This document shows, one piece after another, positions 10,591 through 19,534 of a DNA stretch of 54,585 bases. A model generated the notes under the pieces. The model saw nothing but the letters and a program-made list of their open reading frames with translations, did not search any database and was not told where the DNA came from. The first letter of the stretch is position 1, and each line of letters opens with the position of its first letter. The DNA comes from Thermaerobacter sp. (GTDB taxonomy: Bacteria; Bacillota; Sulfobacillia; Thermaerobacterales; Thermaerobacteraceae): positions 1 to 54,585 of the forward strand of contig DATCKH010000156.1 in NCBI GenBank assembly GCA_036562425.1, read 5' to 3'. The translations under genes and the position numbers were made by a program.

Positions 10591-11247
10591 GTGACGAGCC
10601 AGCATCACGACCACCACGACCCCTGCAAGGACCACGATCATCACGATCCTTGCAAGGACCACGACCATCACGACCGTCACGACCACGATCACCGCAAGAA
10701 GAAGCGCAAGGACCACGACCATCCCGACTTCCAGGTGCCGTCGTGCCCGCAGGGGTTCCTGTACACCGTCCAGCCCGGCGACACGATGTTCCTGATCGCC
10801 CAGCGGTTCGGGGTCAGCCTGCAGGCGCTGATCAACGCCAACCCGCAGATCCCGAACCCCAATCTGATCTTCCCGGGGCAGGTGCTCTGCGTGCCCACGG
10901 GCGTGGGCGCGCCGGCGCCAAGGTGCCAGGTCGGGTTCCTCTACACGGTCCAGCCTGGGGACACCATGTTCCTGATCGCTCAACGGTTCGGGGTCAGCCT
11001 GAACTCGCTCATCGCCTTCAACCCGCAGGTCCCGAATCCCAACCTGATCTTCCCGGGCCAGGTTCTCTGCGTGCCCACGGGCTGCCCCAACGGCCAACCC
11101 TACATCGTCCAGCCCGGGGACACGATGTTCCTGATCGCCCAGCGGTTCGGGATCAGCCTGCAGGCCCTGATCAACGCCAACCCGCAGGTCCCCAATCCGA
11201 ACCTGATCTTCCCGGGCCAGCAGCTCTGCATTCCTGTCAGCCCGTAA
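10591..11247 (+). CDS. His/Asp-rich N-terminus plus three LysM domains; no signal peptide
   Basis: GGGAGGTG lies 6 nt upstream of GTG 10591; an in-frame ATG at 10573 is an alternative start. The N-terminus reads HHDHHDPCKDHDHHDPCKDHDHHDRHDHDHRKKKRKDHDH. Three LysM units follow (YTVQPGDTMFLIAQRFGVSL..LI..NP...NPNLIFPGQ.LC.P), each bracketed by Cys. Confidence 0.85.
   Translation: MTSQHHDHHDPCKDHDHHDPCKDHDHHDRHDHDHRKKKRKDHDHPDFQVPSCPQGFLYTVQPGDTMFLIAQRFGVSLQALINANPQIPNPNLIFPGQVLCVPTGVGAPAPRCQVGFLYTVQPGDTMFLIAQRFGVSLNSLIAFNPQVPNPNLIFPGQVLCVPTGCPNGQPYIVQPGDTMFLIAQRFGISLQALINANPQVPNPNLIFPGQQLCIPVSP
10744..11244 (+). repeat. three near-identical 165-180-bp intragenic repeats, one LysM module each
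   Basis: Direct comparison of the three DNA units shows roughly 85-90% identity by eye. Confidence 0.9.
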
Positions 11248-11279
11248 GGATCAGGTGCTCCCTACGCCACCCATCGCAA

Positions 11280-11318
11280 CAGCTGCCGGGGGCGGTTCCT
11301 TGCCGCCCCCGGCAGCTG
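11280..11318. terminator. 16-bp perfect hairpin between convergent genes; probable bidirectional terminator
   Basis: CAGCTGCCGGGGGCGG ttccttg CCGCCCCCGGCAGCTG. U-tracts are weak on both strands. Confidence 0.55.
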
Positions 11319-11385
11319 CTGGCGGCTCCGGCGGCCTCCGGGCTGGCCGCCGGGGGCCACGCCCGGCGGCTAGCCCGGGCCGGGG

Positions 11386-12870
11386 CTACCTGCCAAACTG
11401 GGCCATGGCCGCCTGGTAGACGAAGAAGGCGTAGAACAGCGACATCGCTACCAGGACGAGGCGGGAAAGCCAGCCGGACCGCAGTTCCGGCGGCAGCACC
11501 CTGCTGTTGAGCCACGCCACCCCTACGCCACCGAGCACGAAGGCCACGCCCGCCATGTTGGCAACCAGCAGCACCAGGCCGAGAGGCGTGCCCCTGACGA
11601 AGAGGAACGCCAGCCAGAGCGTGATGAGGGTCAGGATGAAGTAATAAATCGTGCGAATGTCGTTGCGGGCGAGCCGCCGGGTGCCCGGGCCGAAGCTCCA
11701 CAGCAGGTCGGTCAGGTGCCGTACGACGGCGTCGGTGGCGGCGAGCTGCGTACCCCACAGGACCCAGAAACCGATGAGCAGGACCCAGACCCAGCCGAAG
11801 GCTCCCAGCTGCGCGGCCACCGCCTGGGCCTGAATGGCCGCCACGTCGTACTGGCCTTTGAGCTCCGTGCCCGGCGCGATGAGCCCCACGGCCAGGAGCA
11901 CGCAGAGGTACATACCCACCAGGCAGCCCGTGCAGTAGAGGGCCCACTGCTCCCAGCGCGCGTACCTGAGCCACTCGCGGAAACGCCGCAGGCTCTCCGC
12001 GGTGATGTCGAAGATCTTGCCGGTCTCCGATACCTCCACCTTGCGGCCGCCGATCAAGGCCGGGATGTAACCCACCTGGCCGCCCATGCCCCAGCCGCGA
12101 TCTCGTATCCAGTTGGAGGCGGCCATGTTGAGGACGCCGCCGGTAGCGGCGTAGGCGGCGAAGCCGCTGACCAGCACCCAGTTGACGCTCCCGCCCGCGC
12201 CCGCCTGGGGAAGGAAGCCGAAACTGAAGAAGCCGGCCGCCACCTTCCACCACCACTCCGGGGGCACCAGCCACAGGTCGAAGATGACCAGGCTGATAAA
12301 GATGATGGCGACGGCGAAGGTGGACACCCGGGCCAGCGTCCGCTCGACCCGGCTGCCGAAGGCGACCACCGCCATGACCAGGATCATGGCCACGATGCCC
12401 AGCATGAGCACCAGCTGTCTGTCAGCAGGTACGGCATCGTTGGGCATCCGCTGCAGTCCGAGGGCCGCCAGTGCCGTGGCCGATGCAGCCGCCCAGCCGG
12501 GGGACACCGACAGGATGCAGATCAGGAACCACACAGGCCCCCAGAACCACCGGCCGGGCCACAAGCGGAGGAGCCCCGGCAGGATGGGCTCACCGGTGGC
12601 CAGCGTGTAACGCTGGCACTCCAGGTTGAACACGGTCTGCATCACGGTGGCCACGGTAACGATCCAGAGCAGGGCCGGGCCGTACTGGATCACGGCCCGC
12701 GGCCCCAGCAACCACTCGCCGCTGCCGATGGACAGGCTCAGCAGAATGGAACTGACGCCGATCATGCGGAGGAAGTTCTGGAAGCCAAAGGGCGGTGGTG
12801 CCGGCAGCTCACCCACTTCCATGGCCGGCCCCAGGCCCATGGGGACGGTCCGGACCTCTGTCTTCCCCAT
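11386..12870 (-). CDS. polytopic membrane transporter, Nramp / APC-superfamily-like
   Basis: ATG 12870 has GGGAGGGG 7 nt upstream; 494 aa with about 11-12 TM helices. The family call is from general resemblance only; the canonical Nramp DPGN motif was not seen. Confidence 0.75.
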   Translation of the reverse strand: MGKTEVRTVPMGLGPAMEVGELPAPPPFGFQNFLRMIGVSSILLSLSIGSGEWLLGPRAVIQYGPALLWIVTVATVMQTVFNLECQRYTLATGEPILPGLLRLWPGRWFWGPVWFLICILSVSPGWAAASATALAALGLQRMPNDAVPADRQLVLMLGIVAMILVMAVVAFGSRVERTLARVSTFAVAIIFISLVIFDLWLVPPEWWWKVAAGFFSFGFLPQAGAGGSVNWVLVSGFAAYAATGGVLNMAASNWIRDRGWGMGGQVGYIPALIGGRKVEVSETGKIFDITAESLRRFREWLRYARWEQWALYCTGCLVGMYLCVLLAVGLIAPGTELKGQYDVAAIQAQAVAAQLGAFGWVWVLLIGFWVLWGTQLAATDAVVRHLTDLLWSFGPGTRRLARNDIRTIYYFILTLITLWLAFLFVRGTPLGLVLLVANMAGVAFVLGGVGVAWLNSRVLPPELRSGWLSRLVLVAMSLFYAFFVYQAAMAQFGR

Positions 12871-13181
12871 CACACACCCCTCCCGCTGGTGACGAGGTCT
12901 GCCCGCCGCCACATCCGGCGGGATTAGAAGCCGGGCGGAACTCGCACCGCACAGGGGTCACGGCTGGATGCATCCCCCTCGCGCCAGCCGTCATCCCCTC
13001 CTGTCCATCCTGCACCCTGCCCGGGGCACGGGCTTCGCCCCGGGGCTACGGCTGCCCGGCGGGCACGCCAACCACCAGCTCCAGCTGCTTGCATCGCCCC
13101 CTTCCTGCCGGAACCCGGCCCGCCCTTCTCCCACGCCGGCCGGTCATCCGCCACGCCGCGGTGCACCTGCGGTCCCTGCCC

Positions 13182-13238
13182 GGCCGTAACGAGGAGCAGG
13201 ACATTCTCGAGCAGGGGTACCCACCCCCCGTTACGGCC
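13182..13238. repeat. inverted repeat GGCCGTAACG ... CGTTACGGCC (10-bp stem, 37-nt loop)
   Basis: Read directly. It encloses the only AT-richer stretch (GACATTCTCGAG) of the 514-bp intergenic region. Confidence 0.8.
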
Positions 13239-13384
13239 CGGCAGGAGGCCCCTCCCCCCCGCACCACCCGACCCGCAGGCCGTTCCGCAGGCCGCCAGGT
13301 AGCGGTGCGGCCCGCTCCGGGTTGGGCGACGGTCCGGCCGGCGCCTGCCGGGTGACGGACGGGTCCCACCCCCTACCAGGCCTC

Positions 13385-14797
13385 TCAACCAGCCGCACCG
13401 GTGCCATCCACAACCGGATCGATCACCTTGCCGGGATTGAGGATGCCGTTGGGATCCAGGGCACGCTTGATGGCCCGCATCAGCGCCAGCGCCGGGCCGT
13501 GCTCGGTGGCCAGGTATTTCTTCTTGCCCAGTCCCACCCCGTGCTCCCCCGTACACGTGCCGCCCCGGGCGAGGGCGTACTCTACGATGGCGGCGTTGAC
13601 CCGCTCCGCCCGGGCGACGTCCTCGGGATCCTGGGGATCCACCATGAAGGCGGCGTGGTAGTTGCCGTCCCCCACGTGGCCCAGGATGGCGGCGTGGACG
13701 CCGTGTTCCTCCGCCATCTGCCGGGCATGGCGAATGGCATCGGGCAGCTGGGAGAGAGGTACGCACACGTCGGTGACCATCATCTTCTTGCCGGGCGCCG
13801 TGGCGGCGATGGCGAGGGCCGCGTGGTGCCGGGCCTCCCAGAGCTTCTCCCGGGCCTGGGGGTCGCTCTCGAACTCGAAGGCGAGGCACTCCTCCAGGGC
13901 GGCCAGCTCGCGGGCGAACTCCACATCGGCCCGGACGCCGGCCTCGGTACCGCTGAACTCGAGAAAGAGCGTGGGGCGCTCCGGGTACCCCGTCCCCTTG
14001 TAGGCGTTGACGGCCCGGATCGTGGCCTCGTCCACCAATTCCACGCGGGCCACCGGGACGCCGGCGCGGATCAGCCCCACGGCCACCCGGGCCGCCGCCT
14101 CGACCGTCGGGAAGGACGCGCGAGCGGCCACCACGTGTTCGGGCAGCGGGTACACCCGGAGCGTCGCCTCGGTGACGACACCGAGGGTTCCCTCGGAGCC
14201 GATGAACAGGCCGGTCAGGTTGTAGCCGGCCGAGGACTTCACCGCCCGGCTGCCGGTGCGGATGACGCTGCCGTCAGCCAGCACCACTTCCAGCCCCAGC
14301 ACCTGGTGCTTCATGGCCCCGTACCGCACGGCGTTGGTGCCGCTGGCGTTGGTGGCCACCATCCCGCCGATGGTGGCGTCGGCACCCGGATCCACGGGGA
14401 AGAACAGGCCCTCCCGCGCCAGCCGCAGGTTCAACCGCGACCGGGTCACCCCCGCCTGCACACGGACGAGGAAATCATCCGGCCGGACCTCGACGATCTC
14501 GTCCATACGGGTGAGGTCCAGGCTGATGCCGCCGCGCACGGGCACCACGTGCCCTTCCAGGCTGCTGCCCACGCCGAAGGGAACCACGGGGATGCGCCGC
14601 TCATTGGCGAACCGCAGGACGGCACTGACCTCCTCCGTGCTCTCGGGGAACACCACCGCCTCGGGGAGCCGGGGGGTGTGGTAGCTCAAGTCATGACTAT
14701 GGTTTTCCAGGACGGCGGCGCTGGTGCTGACCTTGCGGTCGTCCCCCAGCAGCCGCCGCAGCTCGCCGATCCAGGTGGACGTCGCAGGCTGGCCCAA
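13385..14797 (-). CDS. FAD-linked oxidase (GlcD / D-lactate dehydrogenase family paralogue)
   Basis: TTG start has GGAGGTGA 6 nt upstream; 470 aa. It has an FAD_binding_4 N-terminal domain (..PVVPFGVGSSLEGH..) and an FAD-oxidase C-terminal domain (..GEHGVGLGKKKYL..). Confidence 0.9.
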   Translation of the reverse strand: MGQPATSTWIGELRRLLGDDRKVSTSAAVLENHSHDLSYHTPRLPEAVVFPESTEEVSAVLRFANERRIPVVPFGVGSSLEGHVVPVRGGISLDLTRMDEIVEVRPDDFLVRVQAGVTRSRLNLRLAREGLFFPVDPGADATIGGMVATNASGTNAVRYGAMKHQVLGLEVVLADGSVIRTGSRAVKSSAGYNLTGLFIGSEGTLGVVTEATLRVYPLPEHVVAARASFPTVEAAARVAVGLIRAGVPVARVELVDEATIRAVNAYKGTGYPERPTLFLEFSGTEAGVRADVEFARELAALEECLAFEFESDPQAREKLWEARHHAALAIAATAPGKKMMVTDVCVPLSQLPDAIRHARQMAEEHGVHAAILGHVGDGNYHAAFMVDPQDPEDVARAERVNAAIVEYALARGGTCTGEHGVGLGKKKYLATEHGPALALMRAIKRALDPNGILNPGKVIDPVVDGTGAAG

Positions 14798-14926
14798 CCC
14801 GTTTCACCTCCGGAGCGCCGGCCTCCGCGGCAGGCCCGCGGCGGGCCGGCCGCCCTTGCGTTGACCTGTGCCTGGGAGTCGCCGTCTGGCCCCCGGATCC
14901 CGGCCGCGGTGACCGGGGCCCCGCGC

Positions 14927-16216
14927 TCAACCCGCCGCCCGTTCCGCCCCCGCCGCGTAGGCCTCCGCCAGGAGCTCCATGGTGTGCATGACCCGCACCG
15001 GGGCTCCGCGCCGCCGCAGCCCGGCCGCGATCTGGACCAGGCAGCCGATGTTGCCGGTGACGACGATGGCGGCACCGCTGCGCAGGATGCTGTCCACCTT
15101 CCTCTCCTGCAGCTGCCGGGCCACCTCGGGTTGCTCGATGTTGTACGTCCCCGCCGATCCGCAGCAGATGTCCGGTTCGTCCAGTTCGACCAGCTCCAGG
15201 TTGGGGATGGCACCCAGCAGGCGCCGCGGCGCCTCGCGCACTCCCTGGGCGTGCGCCAGGTGGCAGGCGTCATGGTAGGCCACCCGCACCGGCTCAGCCA
15301 GGGGACCGGGGGGCAGGGGCCCCAGCTCGGCCAGAAACTCGCTGGCGTCCCGTACGCGGGCGGCCAGGGCGCGGGCCCGCTCCTCATCGGGCGAGCCGGC
15401 GAAGAGGTGATGATACTCCTTCATGGCGGAACCGCAACCGGCGGCGTTGACCACGATGGCGTCCACGTCCAGGGAGGCCAGGGAGTCGAGGGTACGGGCG
15501 GCCTGCTCCCTGGCCTGCTGGCTGGCTCCCGCGTGCAGCGCCAGCGCCCCGCAACATCCCTGGCCCGGAGGCACCAGCACCTCGACGCCGTTGGCGGCCA
15601 GCACCCGGGCGGTGGCGTGGTTGATCTCGGGCGCCAGCACCTGCTGCACGCAACCGGTGACCAGGGCCACGCGGGCACGCCGCGGGCCTTCGGCGGGGAT
15701 CCGCGCCGGCAGCGGGCGGGCCGCCGGCAGGCGCTCCGGAACCAGTTCCAGCATGGCCCGGAGCTGCGCCGGCACCCAGCGGGGCAGCGGCAGCCGGCGG
15801 GCGACGGCCCCCAGCCGCGCGGCCAGGCGGAACCGCCGCGGGTAGGGCAGGGTTGCCAGCAGGACCGCCCGCACCCAGCGAGCCACGGTCGAACGCGGTG
15901 CCTCCCGTTCCCGCATGGTCCGAAAGGGGGTTAGCAGCTCGCCGTAGCGTACTCCCGCGGGACAGGCGGTGACACACGCCAGGCAGCCCAGACAGCGGTC
16001 CAGGTGCTCCGTGACGGCGCCCGCCAGCGGCAGCTCACCTTCCAGCACCTGCTTCATCAAGTAGATGCGGCCGCGGGGCGAATCCATCTCCTCGCCCAGG
16101 ACAAGATACGTAGGGCAAGTACTGAGACAGAACCCGCAGTGGACGCAGGCCTCGACCGCGGCGGCCATCCCCGGCCCCGCCGGCCCCAGTTGCTCGACAG
16201 GAATGCGGTGTTGCAT
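14927..16216 (-). CDS. glcF: glycolate oxidase iron-sulfur subunit
   Basis: ATG 16216 has GAGAGGGGAG upstream. Two 4Fe-4S motifs are present (CVHCGFCLSTCP, CLGCLACVTACP), plus C-terminal CCG domains. Confidence 0.9.
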   Translation of the reverse strand: MQHRIPVEQLGPAGPGMAAAVEACVHCGFCLSTCPTYLVLGEEMDSPRGRIYLMKQVLEGELPLAGAVTEHLDRCLGCLACVTACPAGVRYGELLTPFRTMREREAPRSTVARWVRAVLLATLPYPRRFRLAARLGAVARRLPLPRWVPAQLRAMLELVPERLPAARPLPARIPAEGPRRARVALVTGCVQQVLAPEINHATARVLAANGVEVLVPPGQGCCGALALHAGASQQAREQAARTLDSLASLDVDAIVVNAAGCGSAMKEYHHLFAGSPDEERARALAARVRDASEFLAELGPLPPGPLAEPVRVAYHDACHLAHAQGVREAPRRLLGAIPNLELVELDEPDICCGSAGTYNIEQPEVARQLQERKVDSILRSGAAIVVTGNIGCLVQIAAGLRRRGAPVRVMHTMELLAEAYAAGAERAAG

Positions 16217-16383
16217 CGGCTCCCCTCTCACCTGCCTCGCGATACACGACGGCATGCCTCGCCCGAGCGCACGCATCCCGCCGGTGTTTCATCCCTCGGG
16301 CGCGTGCCCGGCGCCACCGCAAGTCGTGATGTCGCCCCGCCGCGCCGGAGGAGCCCGGCCAGGTCCCGGATGACGCCCGGGGG

Positions 16384-17544
16384 CTAGGCGGGCACCTTCC
16401 AGCCAAAGGGCGGGAACCGGCCTGCGGGGTCCAGTAGCCCTTTCACCGCCCGGGCCACCTTGACGCCGGCCGGAGGCACCAGGTGGGTCACCCCGGGCGG
16501 GCCGCCCCGCCAGCACAGGGCGGTGATCCCCGCCCCCGCCAGCGCGGCCGTCAGGGCGTCCCAGTCCGGTTCGGTGGGGAACAGGGCCCAGGCGGCGCTG
16601 CCGGCCTGGCTGAAGACGCGCAAGGCTCCGTGGTGCGCCAGCAACTCATCGAGGGTCTCGATGGCGGTGGGACGGGCGTACAGGCGCAACAGCGCGCCAC
16701 CGCCGGCCGCCCACTCCAGTTCCCGGAAGCGGCGCCAGACGGCGGCTTCCTCCTCCGAACCCGCCGCCAGGCGGTCTCCAGGCCGGCCCACGCTCTCCTC
16801 GACGCGGTCGAGCCAGGAGGCCATCGTCGCGGCCGGCCCGCCGATCCGGACGAACAGGGTGTACCCGGGACCCTCCACGCCGGGCCCGGCCAGTTCCAGG
16901 GCGTGGGGCTCCAGCGGCGAGCGGAACAGCGCCCGCATCGCGGCCGCCGCCTCCTGCACGCGGTCGAAGGTGAAGCGGATGGTGGCGAAGGCCTGGGGCC
17001 GCGGGAAGACCTTGAAGGTCAGCTCCGTGATCACGCCGAAGCGGCCCTGGCTGCCGCAGAACAACTTGGGCAGGTCATAGCCGGCCGCGTTCTTCACCAC
17101 CCGGCCCCCGCCCCGGGCGATGCGCCCGGTGCCGTCCACGAAGGTCAGGCCCAGCACGAAATCCCGCACGCCGCCGAAGCGGAGGCGGCAGGCGCCGGAA
17201 ACCCCGGTGGCCACCGTGCCCCCTAGGGTCGCCCCCGCCTCCACCAGCAGCGGGTCGAAGGGCAGGTACTGGTCATGCTCCGCCAGGAGGCGTTCCAGGT
17301 CGGCCAGTCGCGTACCAGCCCGGGCGGTCACGGTGAACTCCGCGGGGTCGTAGTCCACGATCCCGGCGAGGCCGGTGATGTCCAGCACCACCACGTCCCC
17401 GTCTCCGGACAGGCCCGCCGTTCCCCACTTGGTGCCCCCGCCCCGGGCGATGAGCCGCGGGAACTGCTGAATCGCCTGCCGGACGTCCTCCGTAGACGAG
17501 GGACGCACCAGCCGCTGGTTCATCCCTTCGGTCATACCTGCCAT
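16384..17544 (-). CDS. glcE: glycolate oxidase FAD-binding subunit
   Basis: ATG 17544 has GGGAGG upstream; 386 aa. It has an FAD_binding_4 pattern (..ARGGGTKWG.., ..NAAGYDLPKLF..) and sits between glcD and glcF. Confidence 0.85.
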   Translation of the reverse strand: MAGMTEGMNQRLVRPSSTEDVRQAIQQFPRLIARGGGTKWGTAGLSGDGDVVVLDITGLAGIVDYDPAEFTVTARAGTRLADLERLLAEHDQYLPFDPLLVEAGATLGGTVATGVSGACRLRFGGVRDFVLGLTFVDGTGRIARGGGRVVKNAAGYDLPKLFCGSQGRFGVITELTFKVFPRPQAFATIRFTFDRVQEAAAAMRALFRSPLEPHALELAGPGVEGPGYTLFVRIGGPAATMASWLDRVEESVGRPGDRLAAGSEEEAAVWRRFRELEWAAGGGALLRLYARPTAIETLDELLAHHGALRVFSQAGSAAWALFPTEPDWDALTAALAGAGITALCWRGGPPGVTHLVPPAGVKVARAVKGLLDPAGRFPPFGWKVPA

Positions 17545-17695
17545 GGCCGCCTCCCACCCGCTTCTCGCGCGGCTCTCGCCTGGCGAGCCCGACCTCAACG
17601 AGCCGTCGTCGTGCCGCCGTCTCACCATGGTGCTACCGTAGCGCCACGGCCCCCGGGCCAGGGGCATCCGGCGCCGCCAGCCCGGCCCGGAGCGG

Positions 17696-19177
17696 TCAGT
17701 CGGGAAACATCTTGCCCCGGTTGGCCAGCTCCCGCGGGTCGAAGGCCCGCCGCAACTCACGCATCACGTTCAGGCTGTCGGGATCGAACATCTGCGCCAG
17801 GAACCGCCGCTTCTCCAGGCCCACCCCGTGCTCGCCCGTGATGGACCCACCCAGCTCGATGCACATCTCGATGATGGCTTCCGCCAGCCTCTCGGCCCGG
17901 TCCACGGTGTCCGGCGCCCTGTCATCGAAGAGGATGAGGGGATGCAGGTTGCCGTCGCCGGCGTGGAACACGTTGGCCACCCGGAAGCCATGCTCTGCCG
18001 CCAGCCGCTCGATCCGAGCGAGGGCCTCGCCCAGGCGGGTACGGGGCACCACGCCGTCCTGCACCAGGTAGCCCAGGCTGATATGCCCGACGGCGGAAAA
18101 GGCGCTCTTGCGGCCCTTCCAGAGCCGCATGCGCTCGGCGTCGTCCCGCGCCAGCCGGACCTCCAGCGGCCCCGAGGACTCCACCACGGCCAACAGGCGC
18201 TGGAAGTCGGCCTCGACCTCGTCCCGTGGCCCGTCCAGCTCGGCGATGAGCACCGCCCCGGCATCGCGGCGATATCCCGCGCCCACCGCTGCCTCCGCCG
18301 CCTCGATGGCCAGGCGGTCCATGATCTCGATGGCTGCCGGCAGGATCCCCGCGGCCACAATGGCTCCGACGGCCTCCCCCGCCCGTTCCAACCGGTCGTA
18401 GGCTGCCAGCAGGGTGCGGACCGCCTCCGGCCGCGGCAGCAGGCGCAGGGTCACCTCCACCACCACGCCGAACTGCCCCTCGGAACCGACGAACAGGCCC
18501 GGCAGGTCCGGCCCGGCGATGTCCAGGCTGTCGCCGCCCAGCTCCACCAGTTCCCCACCCGGCAGAACCACCTTCATCCCCAGCACGTGGTTGGCGGTCA
18601 TGCCGTACTTGAGGCAGTGGGCACCCCCGGAGTTGAAGGCCACGTTGCCGCCGATGGTGCAGATGACCTGGCTGGAGGGGTCGGGCGCGTAATAGAGGCC
18701 GTAGGGTGCCGCCGCCCGGCTCACGGCCGCGTTGATCACCCCGGGCTGGACCACCGCGAGCCGGTCATCGGGATCGATGGAGAGGATCCGGTTCATCCGG
18801 TTGAGGCCGATCACGATCCCGCCCGGCACGGGCACCGAGCCGCCGGACAGGCTGGTCCCGCTGCCGCGGGCGACAAAGGGCACGTCGTACTGGGCGCAAA
18901 GGCGGAGGGTAGCCACCACCTGTTCCGGCTCCCGCGGCAGGACCACCGCCAGCGGCCGGGCACGGAAGATGGTCAGGCCATCACACTCATAGGTGGAGAG
19001 CTGCGCGGGATCCGTGTGAATGGCATCCGGCGGGTAGACCTCCCGCAACTGCCGCAAGAACTCCTGGCGGGCCGGGGCCTCCGGGCCGCTCGCCCCCTGC
19101 GCATTCCCCCTGGCTGGCGGGTGCGCGGGCCCCGCCGGGCCCGGCCGGGTCACCTGCCGGGACGACACCACGTGCAC
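17696..19177 (-). CDS. glcD: glycolate oxidase subunit GlcD (FAD-linked oxidase)
   Basis: GTG start; 493 aa. Motifs include ..[14 protein letters not shown].. and ..[13 protein letters not shown].. It is the first gene of the glcDEF run. Confidence 0.9.
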   Translation of the reverse strand: MHVVSSRQVTRPGPAGPAHPPARGNAQGASGPEAPARQEFLRQLREVYPPDAIHTDPAQLSTYECDGLTIFRARPLAVVLPREPEQVVATLRLCAQYDVPFVARGSGTSLSGGSVPVPGGIVIGLNRMNRILSIDPDDRLAVVQPGVINAAVSRAAAPYGLYYAPDPSSQVICTIGGNVAFNSGGAHCLKYGMTANHVLGMKVVLPGGELVELGGDSLDIAGPDLPGLFVGSEGQFGVVVEVTLRLLPRPEAVRTLLAAYDRLERAGEAVGAIVAAGILPAAIEIMDRLAIEAAEAAVGAGYRRDAGAVLIAELDGPRDEVEADFQRLLAVVESSGPLEVRLARDDAERMRLWKGRKSAFSAVGHISLGYLVQDGVVPRTRLGEALARIERLAAEHGFRVANVFHAGDGNLHPLILFDDRAPDTVDRAERLAEAIIEMCIELGGSITGEHGVGLEKRRFLAQMFDPDSLNVMRELRRAFDPRELANRGKMFPD

Positions 19178-19534
19178 GGCAACCCGCCCCTTTCCGTCAC
19201 TCGGACGGTGTATTTGAGAGGAGTCTATTCAACGCTTCCGACCCAGTTCCTGGTTTCTCGCAACAAGAACCGGGAGCGGCGAAAAGAGGGCGCGTAAGGA
19301 TCCAAACCCGGAATCGGACCCGGGCAGGGAAGCAGAAGGCGGCGATCTAACTTACGGTACTAGTTAGGAAGCGCGGGCAGTCGTGTAGCAAGATGCCGGA
19401 CGCGTGGAAGCGAGGCCGTGCCTCGCGGTAGCGGACTGGGCTGCCGCCCGGCCCCGGTGGGGCCGGGCACTGGCTTTTCCGGCTGTCCCGAGACCGGAGC
19501 GGCGGGGGGCCGGCACCGGACGGGAGGAGAAACC

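Noticed and set aside
13322-15934. 870-aa plus-strand ORF, with similar long ORFs at 51211-53712 (+), 21060-23090 (-), 35771-37144 (+) and 9310-10572 (+)
   Set aside because: All lie antisense or out of frame to strongly recognisable genes (FAD oxidase/glcF, purL, thiG/thiO, moaA, aceB) and have Arg/Gly/Pro-rich nonsense composition.
19195-19290. TPP-like fragment UUGAGAGG ... GACCC ... CCUGGUU..AACCGGG
   Set aside because: It lacks the GGGGUGC and P3 hairpin that must precede UGAGA. It also lies 250 nt from thiE, next to the glcD start. It does not form a coherent THI-box.
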